Virus record (IMG/VR): IMGVR_UViG_3300050120_000230
Span: 248,001 to 312,000 of that record
Length of the DNA stretch: 64,000 nt
Direction: 5' to 3' (one strand)
The first letter of the stretch is position 1. The number at the start of each line of letters is the position of its first letter. Of this stretch, positions 60,879 to 64,000 are shown piece after piece. A program made the position numbers and the translations under genes. A model generated the notes under the pieces. That model had not been told where the DNA came from, did not search any database, and saw nothing but the letters and a program-made list of their open reading frames with translations.

Positions 60879-61649
60879 GTGCTGTTCTCGCACGGCGAAG
60901 CGGCTACACCGAAGCATAACCGTAAGAACGCGGATGCGACGAGACGTTATCAGGAGCTTATGGAACGGCAGGGCGAGTTCGTGGAATGGTGCAAGACCAA
61001 TCTGCGCGGCCTCTATCGCATTCGCACCGATGTGCAGGCGAGCATCTACATCTGCACCACTCTGGAAATCACCAACGACATCGACGCTCTCTGTGTGAAG
61101 ATGTGGTGGCAAGATGATTTCGATGAGTCCAAAGACAACGTCATCATCGGCAAATCGCACGACGAGTGGTTGTGGGCGCCGCCGTCGCGTCTGTTCGGCG
61201 ACAACGAGCCATCGTTGGCCCTCGAAATCGACAAGCAAGGCCAATGGGGCAACAGTGGCTTCGTCAAGCGGGGACCTCTCATGCATCCGAGCGGTGTCCC
61301 CTACACCTTCGCTGAAGGCGTTCAAACTGGGCTCGCGGGTGATCCCTACTTCACGCCGACCATCGAGACGAAAGATCGTCTGCTGGCGCTGGCGCCGACC
61401 GAAGAGCAACGCGAAATCTTCATCAAATACTGCTCGGACTACGTGATGGTCCATGCGTTGAGCGAGCCCATCACCGACACCATTGTGGATGACGTGATCT
61501 TCGACGCCATCGTTTCCGTCGATGACGACAAGGCTGAAGCCTTCGAGACGATCTGGGCCAGCGCCTTCCAGCGTTTCCGGCGAGACAACCTGATGACTTC
61601 GGCCCTCAGCAAACTGGCCGTGGCTCATGTGACAAGGCCGGTGTCCTAA
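60879..61649 (+). CDS. DAxxFK[LM]xW-like N-terminal domain fused to an unknown domain
   Basis: EWCKTNL.G.Y...DALCVKMWW. Confidence 0.65.
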   Translation: MLFSHGEAATPKHNRKNADATRRYQELMERQGEFVEWCKTNLRGLYRIRTDVQASIYICTTLEITNDIDALCVKMWWQDDFDESKDNVIIGKSHDEWLWAPPSRLFGDNEPSLALEIDKQGQWGNSGFVKRGPLMHPSGVPYTFAEGVQTGLAGDPYFTPTIETKDRLLALAPTEEQREIFIKYCSDYVMVHALSEPITDTIVDDVIFDAIVSVDDDKAEAFETIWASAFQRFRRDNLMTSALSKLAVAHVTRPVS

Positions 61650-61656
61650 ATATTGG

Positions 61657-62229
61657 ATGCCGACCCTGCTAGAAATGTTTGGAATTACCGAGGCCGTCCG
61701 GTCGGGGCTGCTCTATCATGGCACCGACGCGGACAATGCCGAAGAAATCCTGACCACGGATCGTCTGACAGCTTCGACACCTCATAACGCAAAACCGCTT
61801 CGGGTCGTGAAAGGGATCAATCGCGAAGTGCCGATTGGTTTCCGCAAGCATGAGATCGAGCGATTCGACAATGTCTATGGCGTGTCAATGACTCGCGATC
61901 CGAACTTTGCTCGCCGGTGGAAAAGCGGTCAGGGCATCGTGTTCTGTTTGTCCGAAGAAAAACTTCGCCACAATTATCGAATCTTGCCGATCAACTACTA
62001 TGGCGACCGCTCCGAGTCGGAAGAGTTTGTGGTCGGTCCAATTCAACCCGTCTCGCGTTATCTTGTGTCCATCGAAGTCTCTACTTCTGTGATGCAGGAA
62101 ATGATCGATGACAATGAAATCTGGCCGCCGGGCGAGGGTCGATATTCGAAACTGGTGGAGCATCCGTTGCTTCGCGTGAACGGCCAGCGATGGGATTCCA
62201 GAACCGGGATCGTGTCCCGCGCGGCCTAG
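61657..62229 (+). CDS. Putative ADP-ribosyltransferase-fold protein with capsid-targeting-like N-terminus
   Basis: MPTLLEMFGITEA; LYHGT...VSMTRD..FA...ESEEFV; CTAAATA at 61646. Confidence 0.55.
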   Translation: MPTLLEMFGITEAVRSGLLYHGTDADNAEEILTTDRLTASTPHNAKPLRVVKGINREVPIGFRKHEIERFDNVYGVSMTRDPNFARRWKSGQGIVFCLSEEKLRHNYRILPINYYGDRSESEEFVVGPIQPVSRYLVSIEVSTSVMQEMIDDNEIWPPGEGRYSKLVEHPLLRVNGQRWDSRTGIVSRAA

Positions 62230-62906
62230 CTATACTGCTCAGGCTGATCGACTACGAACCATTCGGCCTGCGGCCCGCTCATATGGCTTTCGTCGGTCAT
62301 TCGCATCCGCCACTTCAAAATATCTTCGAGCGCCACTCCCTGAATAGGACGGTTGATCTCCAAGACGACGCCGGTGCGTTCCGCGAAGTTCTCGGCCGTG
62401 CCGCGATTGGCAGACCATGAATGGAAGCCACGCTTGTTGCTTCGTTCCTGACGGAACGGTTGCTGGCCGCGATAGAGATGTTTTGTCACCAACGGGTGGA
62501 TGCGTTTCAAGATCGCAAGGAAACGAGCCGAGAGATCGAGATTTTCTTCTGCGTGATCGGCATTCCAAGTCCAACCTCGCAGGAAGCCGATCAGACCATC
62601 ATCCGCCGCAATGAGCGCGCAAGCTGTCTCGTAGCTTACGGGCCTGTCGCTTTGACGTAGGGCTGGGAGGGCTGCGATGAGTTTGTCTATGGCTCTACCT
62701 TCTGCTCGACGAAGGACACCCCGGACGCGCTCGCTCTCGATTTTTTTCAGGGCTCCATCCACGCCGCCACCCAAGCGGATGTAGAAAGCGACATCGTCCG
62801 GCGACAGCGGGTATTTTGCGAAACGATCAGCATCTTGCGGCTCGATCCCGAATGCCTTGTAGGCATCGTAATCCACCGCCTCGTTGATGATCTCGAACCA
62901 ACGCAC
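62226..62906 (-). CDS. Putative R-S-E type ADP-ribosyltransferase with capsid-targeting-like N-terminus
   Basis: MRWFEIINEA; LYRG...FHSWS...TA..FA...QAEWFV. Confidence 0.6.
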   Translation of the reverse strand: MRWFEIINEAVDYDAYKAFGIEPQDADRFAKYPLSPDDVAFYIRLGGGVDGALKKIESERVRGVLRRAEGRAIDKLIAALPALRQSDRPVSYETACALIAADDGLIGFLRGWTWNADHAEENLDLSARFLAILKRIHPLVTKHLYRGQQPFRQERSNKRGFHSWSANRGTAENFAERTGVVLEINRPIQGVALEDILKWRMRMTDESHMSGPQAEWFVVDQPEQYS

Positions 62907-62913
62907 TGGGGTC

Positions 62914-63999
62914 TTAGGATTCTTTGGTGCTCTCAAGCACGAACTGGCAGGAGCCCGAGTTCGAATCGCCTTCCTTGCCATCCCATTCCGCGAAATTGCC
63001 GCAGGCAAGCCAGAGGATGCGCTTGGCAAGTTCTTCGTCGGTGGAGTTCTTCAGTTCGTCGCGCGACCATGACCCATATCCGGCGAGGCAGTGAATGGCT
63101 TTGGCGCGATCCACAGTGAAGTTCAGCTTATCGACCCAGTAGCTAACGGCCTCATCGGCATCGCCCGGCTGGCTGCAATCGTGAATGCACTCTTCCGGCA
63201 GTTCGTCGATGTCCAGCACGTAATCAACGTGCACACCACCGCCGCCCTCACCGTCTTCATCCAATTCGCGATGCGCGGGGAACTCTCGTTCAAAATTGGC
63301 GCGCATCTGGGCAAGCGCCTCTTCGGCCGCTGCCGTCTCTTCGTCGCTCAATTCATGATGCGGGAAACGAGCCATAGGATCGCGCCCGGCTCGAATATCG
63401 GAGATCAATTCGGCAATACCCTCTTGCGGGCCACCACCGGCTTTGTAGCCAGCGAGATGTTCTTGTTCTTCGTCGCTATAGGGCGGGGCGCCATCTTCAT
63501 ACACACCTTCGTCCACCATCGCGTCCGCATCCTTGTGACAGATGTAGTCGATCACGTCGCCGCCACGGGCGGTGCCGCCGTGAAGATCATAGCTCCAAGT
63601 GAAGCGCGGGTCTTCCCCTTCTCCATCTTCATGGCGAGCCACGTCAACGACGTAGTAGGGAGCGATTTTCTCAACCCATGCATCCGCTGCGGCCTTCTCT
63701 TCGGGTTCGAGGCCAGAGTCATCACCATTGACCAGATAACTCGCCCAATAGGCGGGGCCGACAATCCGCTCAACTTCAGGAGCAGCTTCGTCGAGTTCGG
63801 ACGCCGTGCTCAGATGATCGGCATACATTTTGTCGAGATGATTTTCGTCTTCATCGACACCAACTTGGTGCATTTCACGGTGGTCGGGCATACGTTCGCC
63901 GTATGCTGCTTGGTTTGCTTCTTCTTCAGTGGGAGCATGACCTTGCCCCACGATGTGGCCGTTGACGGAGCGGGTCCAGAACCATTCACCCGAGCCCAG
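62914..63999 (-). CDS. Acidic multi-module protein with repeated [LVI]xE linkers (5' end beyond window)
   Basis: Frame open to the window edge; SELDEAA, AMVDEGV, RELDEDG, FVLES. Confidence 0.75.
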   Translation of the reverse strand: MGSGEWFWTRSVNGHIVGQGHAPTEEEANQAAYGERMPDHREMHQVGVDEDENHLDKMYADHLSTASELDEAAPEVERIVGPAYWASYLVNGDDSGLEPEEKAAADAWVEKIAPYYVVDVARHEDGEGEDPRFTWSYDLHGGTARGGDVIDYICHKDADAMVDEGVYEDGAPPYSDEEQEHLAGYKAGGGPQEGIAELISDIRAGRDPMARFPHHELSDEETAAAEEALAQMRANFEREFPAHRELDEDGEGGGGVHVDYVLDIDELPEECIHDCSQPGDADEAVSYWVDKLNFTVDRAKAIHCLAGYGSWSRDELKNSTDEELAKRILWLACGNFAEWDGKEGDSNSGSCQFVLESTKES

Positions 64000-64000
64000 T

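Overview
This is a 64-kb internal segment of a large tailed phage genome with T4-like (gp13/gp14/gp15-type) neck and tail-terminator genes. Promoter shape (TTGAC[CG]-N16-TANNNT) and LeuRS sequence style suggest an alphaproteobacterial host (inference). The genetic code is standard. Structural and lysis genes: gp13-, gp14- and gp15-like genes and a GH19 endolysin. Translation module: the ArgRS C-terminus, ValRS and LeuRS (both apparently lacking the CP1 editing domain), an RF1-like release factor interrupted by an in-frame UGA, a Pth2 fusion, and 8 tRNA or tRNA-like genes in two clusters. The rest is mostly small accessory ORFs in expanded paralog families: about 28 with a C-terminal DAxxFK[LM]xW motif and a tandem array of 8 with an N-terminal ELNxLxKMF motif. 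Most striking: (1) both tRNA clusters are preceded by short, unannotated leader ORFs enriched in the amino acids of the downstream tRNAs (Thr; Gly/Asp/Glu), with competing hairpins, suggesting translation-sensing control of phage tRNA supply; (2) one tRNA-Thr carries an 88-nt structured insert in its anticodon loop; (3) about 11 late, apparently leaderless genes share a T4 capsid-targeting-like N-terminus, and many look like ADP-ribosyltransferases; (4) the Gol (EF-Tu-binding) segment of a T4-type major capsid protein is grafted onto a small accessory protein. All family calls come from motif recognition by eye; no database search was run.
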